Position numbers and translations under genes: made by a program. 64,000 nucleotides of DNA, taken from assembly GCA_964608675.1 (NCBI GenBank), contig CAZSOZ010000001.1, positions 221,272 through 285,271 of the forward strand, given 5' to 3'. Under the pieces are notes generated by a model. It was given only the letters and a program-made list of their open reading frames with translations, did not search any database and had not been told where the DNA came from. Positions 27,267 through 38,402 of the stretch are shown piece after piece (position 1 is the first letter of the stretch; every line of letters starts with the position of its first letter). Source of the DNA: an uncultured archaeon. Lineage in GTDB: Archaea; Iainarchaeota; Iainarchaeia; Iainarchaeales; 1-14-0-10-31-34.

Positions 27267-28685
27267 TTATTTTGAGTTTAATTGTTCTGCAATTTTTTTG
27301 TTTAATTTTTCTTTAAATTCTTTTATTTGAGCTGAATTTATTCTGCATCCTGCAGCTATTTTGTGTCCTCCGCCTTCTGCTTCTTTTCCTAATTCAAGGC
27401 AGGTTTCTTTTAGGATTTTTCCTAAATTTAATCCTTTTCTTATTAGTTCGTCTGTTGCTCTTGCGCTTACTTTAATTAATTTGTCTGATTGTTTTGCAAA
27501 AGCAATTATTGGTTTGTTTTGGCTTATCATTTCTGAACCGTAAAGCATTCCTGCAATAATTCCTACTATTTCTTCTTTAATGTTTTCTCCTGAATCAAAG
27601 AAATAAAATTCTTTTTCTTCTTTAATTCCTTGTTTTTGCACCCATTCTATGCCTCCTCTTAATTGTCTTCTGTGTTCTAAAAGAAGATCCATTGCATTTT
27701 GATAAGCATTAATTCTGTCTCCCATGCAGACTATTAATCCTATTTCAGGCATTCCGTGCCTTCCGCAGGCATTTAAAAGTGTGGCAAATTCTTTTGCATC
27801 TCTTAAGGGGCTTTCTGGGTTTTCTTTCAGCAGAGTGTATGTTTCTCCTATAATGTTTTTTGCCCTGTTTTCTGTGAAGCCTTTTTCAATTAAATGCATT
27901 ATTAAATATGAAGTTAATTTCTTTTTTTCTTCAAAGCTTAAATCAGAGTATGTTTTCCATTTTTCTTTTTCTTTTAATTGAATTCCTTTTTCTGAAATGA
28001 ATTCAGAACTGGCTTTTTCGTTTGCAGCCAAACCAGGAAAAACAGGACTGGTGGAATAAGAAATAAACTGGGTTAAAGGCCTTGAAATTTTTCCGTAGAC
28101 TCTTAAATCGTTTTCTTTTTTTATTAATCCTGTTTCTTCTGCATCTTTTAAAATTTCTTGATTTAACCCTTCAAGTTTTCCTTTGTAATCCTGCATGTCT
28201 CCTACTGCCCCTACTACTCCTAAAACACTTAAGTCTTTGTTTTTTTCTGAAATTTCTTTTGCAACTAAGTATGCCATTCCTGCTCCTGAAATTTCTTTTC
28301 CTCCGTCAAAACCAAACAAAAATGGATTTGAATGAAATTTGTATTCTGTTTTTTCGGGCAGATGGTGGTCTATCACAAAAAAATTTTTTTTAAGTTTTTC
28401 TTCAAGAAGATTTATTTGTCCTGAACCAAAATCAACAAAAACCCAGTTTTTTCCTTTATCTTTTATTTTTTGTATTGTTTCTGAATACAACTGTTTTACT
28501 GTAATGTTTTCAAATTTTTTGTTTTCTCTTTCTAGTGTTTTTGCCATTATTGCTCCTGCACATAATCCGTCTGCATCATGATGATTTATAATAACAAATT
28601 CGTTTCTTTTGAGGATTTCTTCTGCAATCTCTTTGTTTCTTTTTTTTAGTTCCTGAAAATTTCCCATAAAAAATTTCTTTTCCAT
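27267..28685 (-). CDS. DHH/DHHA1 phosphoesterase, archaeal RecJ/GAN (Cdc45-like) type.
   Basis: NHHDADGLCAGAIM (DHH motifs I-II), VIDHH, and C-terminal GGGHKIAAGCRI (DHHA1). About 470 aa, like archaeal GAN. Confidence 0.7.
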   Translation of the reverse strand: MEKKFFMGNFQELKKRNKEIAEEILKRNEFVIINHHDADGLCAGAIMAKTLERENKKFENITVKQLYSETIQKIKDKGKNWVFVDFGSGQINLLEEKLKKNFFVIDHHLPEKTEYKFHSNPFLFGFDGGKEISGAGMAYLVAKEISEKNKDLSVLGVVGAVGDMQDYKGKLEGLNQEILKDAEETGLIKKENDLRVYGKISRPLTQFISYSTSPVFPGLAANEKASSEFISEKGIQLKEKEKWKTYSDLSFEEKKKLTSYLIMHLIEKGFTENRAKNIIGETYTLLKENPESPLRDAKEFATLLNACGRHGMPEIGLIVCMGDRINAYQNAMDLLLEHRRQLRGGIEWVQKQGIKEEKEFYFFDSGENIKEEIVGIIAGMLYGSEMISQNKPIIAFAKQSDKLIKVSARATDELIRKGLNLGKILKETCLELGKEAEGGGHKIAAGCRINSAQIKEFKEKLNKKIAEQLNSK

Positions 28686-28726
28686 TAACCGTTTAATTCT
28701 TTTCCTTCTTTTATTTAATTGATTTC

Positions 28727-30034
28727 ATGGATTTTTTGGATAAACTTTTTGGAAAAAAGCAGAAAGAAACAAAAAAAGAGCACGTTATTTTGGAATTCAG
28801 AGAAATCCCTGAGTTTTCCAGAAAAATTTATTTTGATTCTTTTAATGAAATAGAAAAAGAAGTTTTTTCAGGAATTTCTGAAATAAAGCATTTTCTTAAT
28901 TCGCTTAAGTCTTCTTTGAATTCTCTTGAAGAGCAGAAAGTAGAGCAGGATAAAGGCCATAAAAAATTAAGAAAAATTGCGGCTACAAGCAAGAAAACGT
29001 TTATTGATAAAATGAGAAATTTAATTTCCAAGCTTTCTCCTCCTTCAAAATCTGATTTCATTGAATTGAATTCTTATTTTGAGAATTCAATCCAAATTCT
29101 TGAATCTGAAATTAATTCCTTTGGAAAAAACATCGCATATACAGGGATTGTTTTGAAAGATTCAGTTCAGGATGTAGGAAAAAAAATAAGGGAACTTAAT
29201 TCTTCTTTCAGGGAAACCAAAAAATTGTTTGATTCAAAAAAAGAACTCAATTTGTTTCCTGAGATAACCAGTTTGTTTCATCAGACAGAAGAAAATATTG
29301 CTCAAAAAAAGACATCAGTTTCTGCCGAAAAAGAAGTCATGCAAAAAATTTATTCAGCTGAAGAAGAATTAACGAAAACCAAAAAAAAGTTAGCTGAAAC
29401 AAAAAATTCTATTGAAGCAAAACAATATGATGAACTTTTAAAGCAGAAAAGTTCTTTAATGGAAGAAAAACAAAAATTAAAAATAAGCCTTGTTGAATTG
29501 TTTTATCCTGTTGAAAAACTTTTAAGGGGTTTCAGAAAACTGGTTGAATCAAAACATTTTGTGCTGAATGAAGATGAAAGAATTCTGTTAAATAATTATC
29601 TTTCAAACCCTGTTCTTGCTTTAAAAAAAGACAGCAGAGCAGAAACCCTAAAAAAAATATTTAATTACATTAAAGAATTAGCTGAAGAAGGAAAAATTTC
29701 TCTTAAACCAAAAGAAAAAGAAAAAAGAATGAATGCTTTGAATGAACTGCTTGAATTTGATTTTTTTGAGAAATTTTTCTGGAAGCTGAACGAATTAGAC
29801 AAAAACTTAAATGAAATTCAGTCCAGAATAAATTCTTTGGACGTTTCTTCAAAAATTTTTTCTCTTGAAAACCGACTTGAATCACTTGAGCATTCAATAA
29901 AAAACTATTCAAATGAATTAGAAAAACAAAAAAACAAAACAAAAGAAATTTCAAACAAAATTTCTTCTTTTAAGAATTCTCTTGAAGAAAAAATTTCAAT
30001 TTTTTCAGGAAAAGAAATTGAAATAAAACACTAA
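28727..30034 (+). CDS. Long coiled-coil protein of unknown function.
   Basis: 435 aa, Lys/Glu/Leu/Ser-rich with heptad-like periodicity; no catalytic motifs. Confidence 0.4.
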   Translation: MDFLDKLFGKKQKETKKEHVILEFREIPEFSRKIYFDSFNEIEKEVFSGISEIKHFLNSLKSSLNSLEEQKVEQDKGHKKLRKIAATSKKTFIDKMRNLISKLSPPSKSDFIELNSYFENSIQILESEINSFGKNIAYTGIVLKDSVQDVGKKIRELNSSFRETKKLFDSKKELNLFPEITSLFHQTEENIAQKKTSVSAEKEVMQKIYSAEEELTKTKKKLAETKNSIEAKQYDELLKQKSSLMEEKQKLKISLVELFYPVEKLLRGFRKLVESKHFVLNEDERILLNNYLSNPVLALKKDSRAETLKKIFNYIKELAEEGKISLKPKEKEKRMNALNELLEFDFFEKFFWKLNELDKNLNEIQSRINSLDVSSKIFSLENRLESLEHSIKNYSNELEKQKNKTKEISNKISSFKNSLEEKISIFSGKEIEIKH

Positions 30035-30064
30035 TTTTTTATTCTTGAAAGACTTATTCTTATT

Positions 30065-30628
30065 ATGGCTTTTTCTTTAAGCAGTCTTGAAATAAAAGAA
30101 AACAAAAGTGTTTTGTTTTCAGGCAGGTCTTTTCAGGCAAAAAAATTAATTGAATTAATCTTAAAAGAGCAAAAAAATCAGAAAAATATTCTTGTTGTTT
30201 TGGATCCGGCAAACTATTCTTCTTTAATGAACGATTTTTTTGTTGTTTCAAAAAAAGCTTTTGGAAGAAATTCAGTTGTAGTGGATGATTATTGTCTTTC
30301 TGAAATTTCTTCTGCAGTACATTCAGTTGAAAGAAAATCTGATTCAAAAGGAATTCTTTTGTTTGATTCTCTTTCTTCTTTGCTTTCATTTAATCCTTCA
30401 AACGCAGTTTATTCTTTTCTTTTTTTTGAATCAAGAAAAGCAAAAGAATTAAATTATTCTTTAATTGTGTTTATTGATGAAAGGCTTCATGATACTGCTG
30501 TTTTAATGAACATAAAAAAAATAATGGATTATAATTTCTTTTTTGAATTCAAGGAAAAAAAATTGTTTATAGAAAAAACTGCTTTTCCTTTTAATTCAAT
30601 CAAAAAAAATTATTCTTTTAATGTTTAG
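30065..30628 (+). CDS. KaiC/RecA-like fold protein without a Walker A motif (paralog family).
   Basis: ILLFDSLSSLLSFNPSNAVYSFLFFESRKAKELNYSLIVFIDE is collinear with the Walker B region of 5240-5848 and 30625-31542. Confidence 0.4.
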   Translation: MAFSLSSLEIKENKSVLFSGRSFQAKKLIELILKEQKNQKNILVVLDPANYSSLMNDFFVVSKKAFGRNSVVVDDYCLSEISSAVHSVERKSDSKGILLFDSLSSLLSFNPSNAVYSFLFFESRKAKELNYSLIVFIDERLHDTAVLMNIKKIMDYNFFFEFKEKKLFIEKTAFPFNSIKKNYSFNV

Positions 30629-31542
30629 AGTATTTGAAGGACTCTGTCGCAGAACTGGCTTAATGAATTAACTACTCCTTTATGTTCTTCTGATTTGACC
30701 ATTAAAAGAACTCCTTTCATTTTCCAGTCCCTTAGTTTTCCTATAACTAAATGAATAAATCTTTCAACTGAAGCAATATCGTTGTAAATTAACAAAGTGC
30801 TAATTGAATCAAAAACCAAAAATTTAGGTTTTTCTTTTTGTTTAACATATACTTCATCTATTGCAACACTTAATGCAGTTAAATCTCGAGGAGATTCAAT
30901 GAATTCAACGTTAGGATTAAAAGAAGCTTCTTTTCCTGTTCCTTTGCTTATTGCGTCAACAAAAATTAGTTTTTCTATATCTATTTTTTCTCTTTTAAGT
31001 GTTTCTTTCATGAAGTCAAAAGACCTATTCAAAGTTATGTATAATCCTTTTCCTTGTGTGTGGTTTATTAACAGTCTGATTAATTCGTAATTTATTTTTG
31101 AATAATTTGTTGGTTCCACTAAAAGCAGTGCAGTGAATTGTTCTTTTGGCAGTTCTTCTAAATATCTTAAAATTGTTAAGTCTATTCCTCTTCTCGGGCT
31201 TATTAATTCCTGCAGTGCTTCTTCTGGACGCATTTCTTTTTTTAAATCAGTTTTCATTTCAATGTTTTTTTTTCTTTTGTCTTTTTTTGTTACATAGGTT
31301 CTTATCTGTTTTTCAGGTTTTGTCAGAAGTTTTTCCAGTTCTTTAATTGAATCACCGTCTTTTCCGTTTTTTTTTGCTTCTTTGATTATTTCTTTTTTTC
31401 TTTCTTTTCCCAGGCTCTTTATTTGTTCTGTTAATTTCTGAAATCCTTCTTTTTTTTTTGCCTTCTTTTTTTTATTTTCTTTTTTCTTTTTTCCTTTTTT
31501 CTTGCTTTTCTTTTTTTTCTTTTTCATTTCAGATGTCCTCAA
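30625..31542 (-). CDS. KaiC/RecA-like protein without Walker A, carrying a poly-Lys N-terminal extension.
   Basis: N-terminus MKKKKKKSKKKGKKKKENKKKKAKKK, and a C-terminal FLVFDSISTLLIYNDIASVERFIHLVIGKLRDWKMKGVLLMV (Walker-B-like). It overlaps the downstream KaiC-like ATPase gene by 14 nt. Confidence 0.45.
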   Translation of the reverse strand: MRTSEMKKKKKKSKKKGKKKKENKKKKAKKKEGFQKLTEQIKSLGKERKKEIIKEAKKNGKDGDSIKELEKLLTKPEKQIRTYVTKKDKRKKNIEMKTDLKKEMRPEEALQELISPRRGIDLTILRYLEELPKEQFTALLLVEPTNYSKINYELIRLLINHTQGKGLYITLNRSFDFMKETLKREKIDIEKLIFVDAISKGTGKEASFNPNVEFIESPRDLTALSVAIDEVYVKQKEKPKFLVFDSISTLLIYNDIASVERFIHLVIGKLRDWKMKGVLLMVKSEEHKGVVNSLSQFCDRVLQIL

Positions 31543-32227
31543 ACAATTCCTGTTTTGATAAAACCTTTAATCCTGTCGGCCCGATTGTAACGGGATGAAG
31601 TTTTTCTGATATTTTTGTTCCTCTCATTTTTAGTATTCCTAAACTTCTTACAAACCTGTTTTCTATTTTTGTGTGATACAATAAAATTACTCCGTCTGCA
31701 ACATATTCTTCTAATCCAAACAAGCTTCTTGTTTTATCTAAATTTATTTCGTTTGTTATTACTGTTGTGCAGTCAATTTGTTTTAGCATTTTTCCAAGAC
31801 TCATTATTCTTTTTCTTGCATCCAGTTCTCTGTCAAAGTAAAGCCTGAAAATTACTCCTGGATCAATTACCAGTCTTTTTGCATTAATGGTTTGAATTGA
31901 ATCTTCAATCAAATTTTTGAGTTTGTCAAAATCATATAATTCCACTACTTCTATTATCAGCATTTTTTTCTGAATTAATTCTTCTAATTGGTATCCGAAT
32001 TCTTTTCCATTTCTTATTATTTCGTCGTATGTTTCTTCTAATGAAATGTATATTGCTGGTTCATTGAATTCTATTGCTCCTTTATATAAGTATTCCAGAC
32101 AAAAGCAGGTTTTTCCTGAACCTGGGTCTCCTGCTAATACAACAAGGTTTCCTCTTGGAATTCCTCCATCCATTAATTCATCTAAGCCTGGAACCCCTGT
32201 TTGCGTTCTGTCAGCTAATCTAGGCAT
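31529..32227 (-). CDS. KaiC-like RecA-superfamily ATPase, resembling FlaH/ArlH.
   Basis: GVPGLDELMDGGIPRGNLVVLAGDPGSGKTCFCLEY (Walker A) and RLVIDPG (Walker B); 232 aa, the single-domain size of FlaH. Confidence 0.65.
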   Translation of the reverse strand: MPRLADRTQTGVPGLDELMDGGIPRGNLVVLAGDPGSGKTCFCLEYLYKGAIEFNEPAIYISLEETYDEIIRNGKEFGYQLEELIQKKMLIIEVVELYDFDKLKNLIEDSIQTINAKRLVIDPGVIFRLYFDRELDARKRIMSLGKMLKQIDCTTVITNEINLDKTRSLFGLEEYVADGVILLYHTKIENRFVRSLGILKMRGTKISEKLHPVTIGPTGLKVLSKQELFEDI

Positions 32228-32377
32228 AAATTTTTCACTTCTAAATAAATAAGTTAAAGGTATTTAAAATAACTTGTTTAATTTTATTTTTTTCATAATT
32301 GTTTATTTTCTTAAACCGCAAAACATTTAAATACAACAATCTTTCTTATACTATTCAATAATTGTTTTTTTAACTTA

Positions 32378-32384
32378 AAGGAGG
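32378..32384 (+). promoter_or_regulatory. Shine-Dalgarno site (AAGGAGG) 7 nt upstream of the major pilin ATG.
   Basis: aaaggaggaagataaATG, read directly. Confidence 0.5.
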
Positions 32385-32391
32385 AAGATAA

Positions 32392-32835
32392 ATGTTTAAG
32401 AATAACAAAGGACAATCCGCACTTGAATATTTGATGACATATGGATGGGCTTTGGTTGTAATTGTAATTGTAATTGCAGCCTTGTTTGCTTTCGGTGTCT
32501 TCAATACTCCAAAGAACTGTACACAAACCGGCGGCCAGATGTTGATAAAAAACTATGATTTCAATAGCGGTTTAATACAATTGCAAATTACAAACGGAAC
32601 ACCTAATACAGTAGAAATCACTGGTTTTGATTCTACAACAGGCATTGATAGTTGGTCTGGAGGAGATCCTTGGGTTACACACACCAGTTCTGACTTAGCA
32701 AAAAATGACACTAACACATTCTTTTTAGTGCCGTCATCCGCTTTGTCTGGAAGCATTACTGAAGAAATCACAATGACTTATACATCAGGCGGATTAACTA
32801 AAACAGAAAAAACAACTTGTAGTGGACCAGTTTAA
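32392..32835 (+). CDS. Major type IV pilin / Flp-like pilin with a class III signal peptide.
   Basis: MFKNNKGQSALEYLMTYGWALVVIVIVIAALFA has a short basic N-region, G|QSALEY (Glu at +5 after the Gly, EY as in Flp/archaeal pilins) and a hydrophobic helix. The mature part is Thr/Ser/Gly-rich with N-x-T/S sequons; 147 aa. Confidence 0.7.
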   Translation: MFKNNKGQSALEYLMTYGWALVVIVIVIAALFAFGVFNTPKNCTQTGGQMLIKNYDFNSGLIQLQITNGTPNTVEITGFDSTTGIDSWSGGDPWVTHTSSDLAKNDTNTFFLVPSSALSGSITEEITMTYTSGGLTKTEKTTCSGPV

Positions 32836-33025
32836 ATAACTCCACTCTTTTTTTCTTTTTTTTTTAATTATTTCAGTTATTGCTTTCTTTAAATAACTTA
32901 ACTTTTTTTTTGAATAAGCAAAAAAAAGCCTTTGTTTTTGATTGCTATAGATCTCTGTGAGTGCCAAACAGATTAACGTTAAATTGTCTTTCAATTTATT
33001 TGATTTAAATCAATTTTGCTGAAAA

Positions 33026-33065
33026 GCTATAGTTACAGGAGCTATAGCTACAGGAATTTACAGGA
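33026..33065. repeat. Short tandem direct repeat, 15 nt x about 2.6 (gctatagttacagga / gctatagctacagga / atttacagga), in the convergent intergenic region.
   Basis: Read directly. It lies between the pilin stop and the 3' end of the pilus operon; a related gctatag occurs at about 32944. Confidence 0.5.
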
Positions 33066-33182
33066 TTTGATTGCTGATTCTTTAAAGGAAAAAATTTTTC
33101 AAAAACCTGTTTTTTAAATTGAATCAAAAAATAAATTCCAATTCTTTAATTCCCTTATTTTTTTTTGCCTGTTTTTTTTTTA

Positions 33183-34172
33183 TTATATTAATGACTTGAA
33201 TGTGTTTTCTAAAAACAGTGAAACAATAAAATAAATTGCATATGATGCAATAAGCATTACTGGAATGTATTTTATTCCTCCTTTTTCGCTTCTTGAATTA
33301 ATTATTCCTATTGTAAGAGACCCAAAAACAGAGATTACTGCTAAAGTCACTAAAGAAAAAACAAAAATGAATTCAGGCTGTATTGCCATTCCTCCTGCAC
33401 CTATTCCTAATCCTCCCTGCGAGGAAGCTAATGCAACTGATTCTTCTGATATTGTTCCAATGCTTCCCATTTGCTTTGACATTATTTTCACGATGAATGA
33501 ACTGATTCCAAACATTAATGGCGCTCCAATCATTGAAGCAAAGAAAATAAGTATTACATACATTGAAACATTTCCTTTTACTTCTTCTTGTAATGCGTTT
33601 TGTTCCCTTAAATCGTCTGATAATTGAAGAAGCAGGTTTGCCATTTCTCCTCCGGATTTCATTCCTTCTGTTATTAGCCAGATTGTTTTTTGAAATGTTT
33701 TTGATTTTATGCTGTTTGTCATTTCTTTTAATGCTGTTTCAGTTCTTTCTCCTGCCATCATTTTTTTGCTTGCTTTTTTGAATTCTATTTCTAATGGGCC
33801 AAATTCAGGTCTTGCAGAAATAAGCAAAGCTTTTTCTGTAGTTATTCCTGATTTCATGTTTGATGCAATTAATTGCAGGGCATCAGGCAGAATTTTTTCT
33901 ACGAATTTTCCTTTGGATTCGCCTGCCTGATTTAATAAATAGTAAATGCCCCCTGCAATCAATGCAAATCCTGCTGTAAATCCAATGAAAAAATTCAGCT
34001 GAAAAAAATAAGTTAATGCAAATCCTGATGCTATTGCTGAAGCAAAACTAAATACTGCCAGAAATCCTGTAAAATTTTTTGTTTCAATATCTATTCCTGA
34101 ATACATTAATTCTTTTGTAAATGTATCTAATACTGTTCTTGGAATCAGTTTTCCTATTTTTTCGTACATCAT
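33183..34172 (-). CDS. Type II secretion system F-domain (T2SSF) membrane protein, TadC/FlaJ-like.
   Basis: Multi-TM protein with a T2SSF-like cytoplasmic region (ASNMKSGITTEKALLISA...); 329 aa. Confidence 0.65.
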   Translation of the reverse strand: MMYEKIGKLIPRTVLDTFTKELMYSGIDIETKNFTGFLAVFSFASAIASGFALTYFFQLNFFIGFTAGFALIAGGIYYLLNQAGESKGKFVEKILPDALQLIASNMKSGITTEKALLISARPEFGPLEIEFKKASKKMMAGERTETALKEMTNSIKSKTFQKTIWLITEGMKSGGEMANLLLQLSDDLREQNALQEEVKGNVSMYVILIFFASMIGAPLMFGISSFIVKIMSKQMGSIGTISEESVALASSQGGLGIGAGGMAIQPEFIFVFSLVTLAVISVFGSLTIGIINSRSEKGGIKYIPVMLIASYAIYFIVSLFLENTFKSLI

Positions 34173-34179
34173 TTTTTTT

Positions 34180-35076
34180 TCATCCCATTAAATTTGGTGT
34201 TTTTGATTTTAATATTCCTAAATACATGAATTCTCCTACTGCAATAAAAATCAACAAAATCCAGAATAACATTTCTCCTAACTGCATTTGAGGAAACGAA
34301 CTTAACACAATAAGGAATGTGACTCCTAATGAAGGAATTATTACTCCTAACATCATGTACATTAATGAAAGAATTTTCATTGAATTTCCGTATTTTGTGA
34401 TTTGGAGTTTTTCTTCTCTTATCATTGTTGAAACCAGTTCTTCCATTACTGAGCTTACATCTGATCCTGCTTTCATTCCGTTTATTATCTGCCAAATGCT
34501 TCTCCTGAAAAAAAGTGAAGGATTGTATCTTGCAATTTTTTCTAATGCAATTTCTTCTATTGTTCCTGTTTCAATTTCTTTTACGGCTTTTCTGAATTCA
34601 TTTGATAATGCGCCGTAATCTCCTTCTGCTATTATATTCAGGGAATCAAACAGGGAAACCCCTGATTTTATTTCCACTGCCATTGTTCTTAAAGCAAAAA
34701 TTAAATTCCTTTCAACTTCTCTTATTTTTTGTTTTCCTTTCATTTTTGGATATAATGCAGTTTGCATCATCACAAATCCGCTGAAAAGAGCGCCTCCTAT
34801 TAAGGCTGCAAGCAAATAACTGTCCGGAAGCAATCGTATTCCAATAAGCAAAGCCAAAATGAATCCTATTACAAAATAGATTGCCCCCATTGTTAGAATT
34901 ATTGCTGAATATTCTTTTTCGTTGTATTCCAGTTCTGCCTGATATAATTCAAGTTTAAGGTAAGGAAAGAATTTTGAAATCTTTAATCCTATTCCATAAA
35001 ATTTTTTTGAAATAGTTTTAATTAGAGAAAGGGGAAGAAAATTAAATGGAATCATTTTGTTTTTTTTTGTTTTCAT
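34180..35076 (-). CDS. T2SSF-domain membrane protein, TadB/FlaJ-like.
   Basis: TM segments and the T2SSF region ALRTMAVEIKSGVSLFDSLNIIAEGDYGALSNEF...; 298 aa. Confidence 0.65.
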   Translation of the reverse strand: MKTKKNKMIPFNFLPLSLIKTISKKFYGIGLKISKFFPYLKLELYQAELEYNEKEYSAIILTMGAIYFVIGFILALLIGIRLLPDSYLLAALIGGALFSGFVMMQTALYPKMKGKQKIREVERNLIFALRTMAVEIKSGVSLFDSLNIIAEGDYGALSNEFRKAVKEIETGTIEEIALEKIARYNPSLFFRRSIWQIINGMKAGSDVSSVMEELVSTMIREEKLQITKYGNSMKILSLMYMMLGVIIPSLGVTFLIVLSSFPQMQLGEMLFWILLIFIAVGEFMYLGILKSKTPNLMG

Positions 35077-35088
35077 TTTTTTTTTACC

Positions 35089-36591
35089 TCAAAAATCAGG
35101 CTTCCTGTTTTTTTCTGCTAATTCAATTATTTCATCTTTGTCTCTGTAATATTTTGCCATTATTTTTCCTACTTTTTCAATTTTTTTTATTTTGTTTTTT
35201 ACCAGCCAGTCAAGAATTATTTTTTTTGTTTTTAGTTCTTTTGACATTTCCTGTCTGCTGAATCCTGTATGCAGACCTAATTCATCAAATAACCTTATGC
35301 TTTCTGAATGTTTTTCTATGGTGTCTGTTGCTCCTTTCCATCGGTATAAAACATTTGCTTTAACTTCTTCTTGGCTTCCTCTTCTTTCAGTAATGTATTC
35401 TGCTATCTGCAGAACTCTTCTTACATTTAGTCTTCTGTTTCTGAACATAACTACATTCAAGTGTACTGAATCCAGCATTGTTTTTGGAACTTCAATTGGA
35501 GGATTTGTAAGCCTTCTTACAGTTTCTGCTGCAGTATTTGCATGAAAAGTAGTGTAAGCTGAATGCCCGGTGTGCATTGCTTCAAATAATACTTCTGCTT
35601 CTCTCTGCCTTCTTATTTCCCCTACAATCAGTCTGTCCGGACGCATTCTCAAAGAATTTACCAGCAAATTAAGCATGGTTACTTCTCCTTTTCCTTCAAC
35701 GTTGGGTTCTCTTGTTGTTAAGGGAACCCAGTGAAGGTAAGGAGGCAAACTTAATTCTCTTGTGTCTTCAATACTTAATATTCTTTGATTGGGTTGAATA
35801 AAAGGCAGGCACACATTTAAAGAAGTTGTTTTTCCTGAACCTGTTCCTCCTGAAAAAATAATGTTTAGTTCGTATTCCATTGCAAGCCAGATTAAAGACA
35901 TTATTTCTGTGTTGACTGTTTTGTTTTCCACAAAATCTGTTACAGTATAAGGTTGTCTTCTGAATCTTCTGATTGTAATAGTGTTTCCTTTGCTTGAAAT
36001 AGGAAACAAGGTTGCATTTGCTCTGTCTCCTGTAATTAAGTGTGCGTCCAGCAAAGGATTTAATACAGTAATCTGCTTTCCTATTCTTCTGGCAATAATG
36101 CTTGCATAATTTTGGATTTCGCTTTCAGGACTCACATAAACGTTTGTTTTCAGCCATCCGAATCCTTTATGGTAAACCCACACAGGGTCAACAGAACTGT
36201 TTATAACTATTTCTTCAATGTTTCCGTCATTTAGCAGGAATTCAATTTTTCCTAATCCAAGCATTTCTTCTAAAAGAAGCCCTATCAATAAATCCCTTGA
36301 ACCTTCCCCTATGTCTGGGAGTTCTCTGTCAAGTATTTTTTCTGCTTTTCCCTGAAATTTTTTTTTCAGCGAATCAACAAAATCAGGGTCCATCATTCTT
36401 TCTGCTTGTATGGTTGAATCAGTTATAATGCTTCTTTTTAGGTTTTCTAATACTGCTTCTGTTCCTTCTCCGAATTCAGGGAAATTAAGAAAATAAATTC
36501 TTACAAATTCATTTTCTTTTTCAAGTATGTTTACTTCAATTTCTGTTTCAATTGATTTCACTTTATATGTTTTTAGTACTTTTTCTTTCAT
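35089..36591 (-). CDS. Type IV pilus / secretion ATPase of the FlaI/TadA(CpaF)/VirB11 family.
   Basis: IIFSGGTGSGKTTSLN Walker A, RLIVGEIR Walker-B/Asp box, and His box EAMHTGHSAYTTFHANTA. The N-terminal domain is about 230 aa; total 500 aa. Confidence 0.85.
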   Translation of the reverse strand: MKEKVLKTYKVKSIETEIEVNILEKENEFVRIYFLNFPEFGEGTEAVLENLKRSIITDSTIQAERMMDPDFVDSLKKKFQGKAEKILDRELPDIGEGSRDLLIGLLLEEMLGLGKIEFLLNDGNIEEIVINSSVDPVWVYHKGFGWLKTNVYVSPESEIQNYASIIARRIGKQITVLNPLLDAHLITGDRANATLFPISSKGNTITIRRFRRQPYTVTDFVENKTVNTEIMSLIWLAMEYELNIIFSGGTGSGKTTSLNVCLPFIQPNQRILSIEDTRELSLPPYLHWVPLTTREPNVEGKGEVTMLNLLVNSLRMRPDRLIVGEIRRQREAEVLFEAMHTGHSAYTTFHANTAAETVRRLTNPPIEVPKTMLDSVHLNVVMFRNRRLNVRRVLQIAEYITERRGSQEEVKANVLYRWKGATDTIEKHSESIRLFDELGLHTGFSRQEMSKELKTKKIILDWLVKNKIKKIEKVGKIMAKYYRDKDEIIELAEKNRKPDF

Positions 36592-38358
<1,767 letters not shown>

Positions 38359-38402
38359 TTTATATTCCCATTTATATGTTGTTGTTTATCCTTTTTATTT
38401 TT

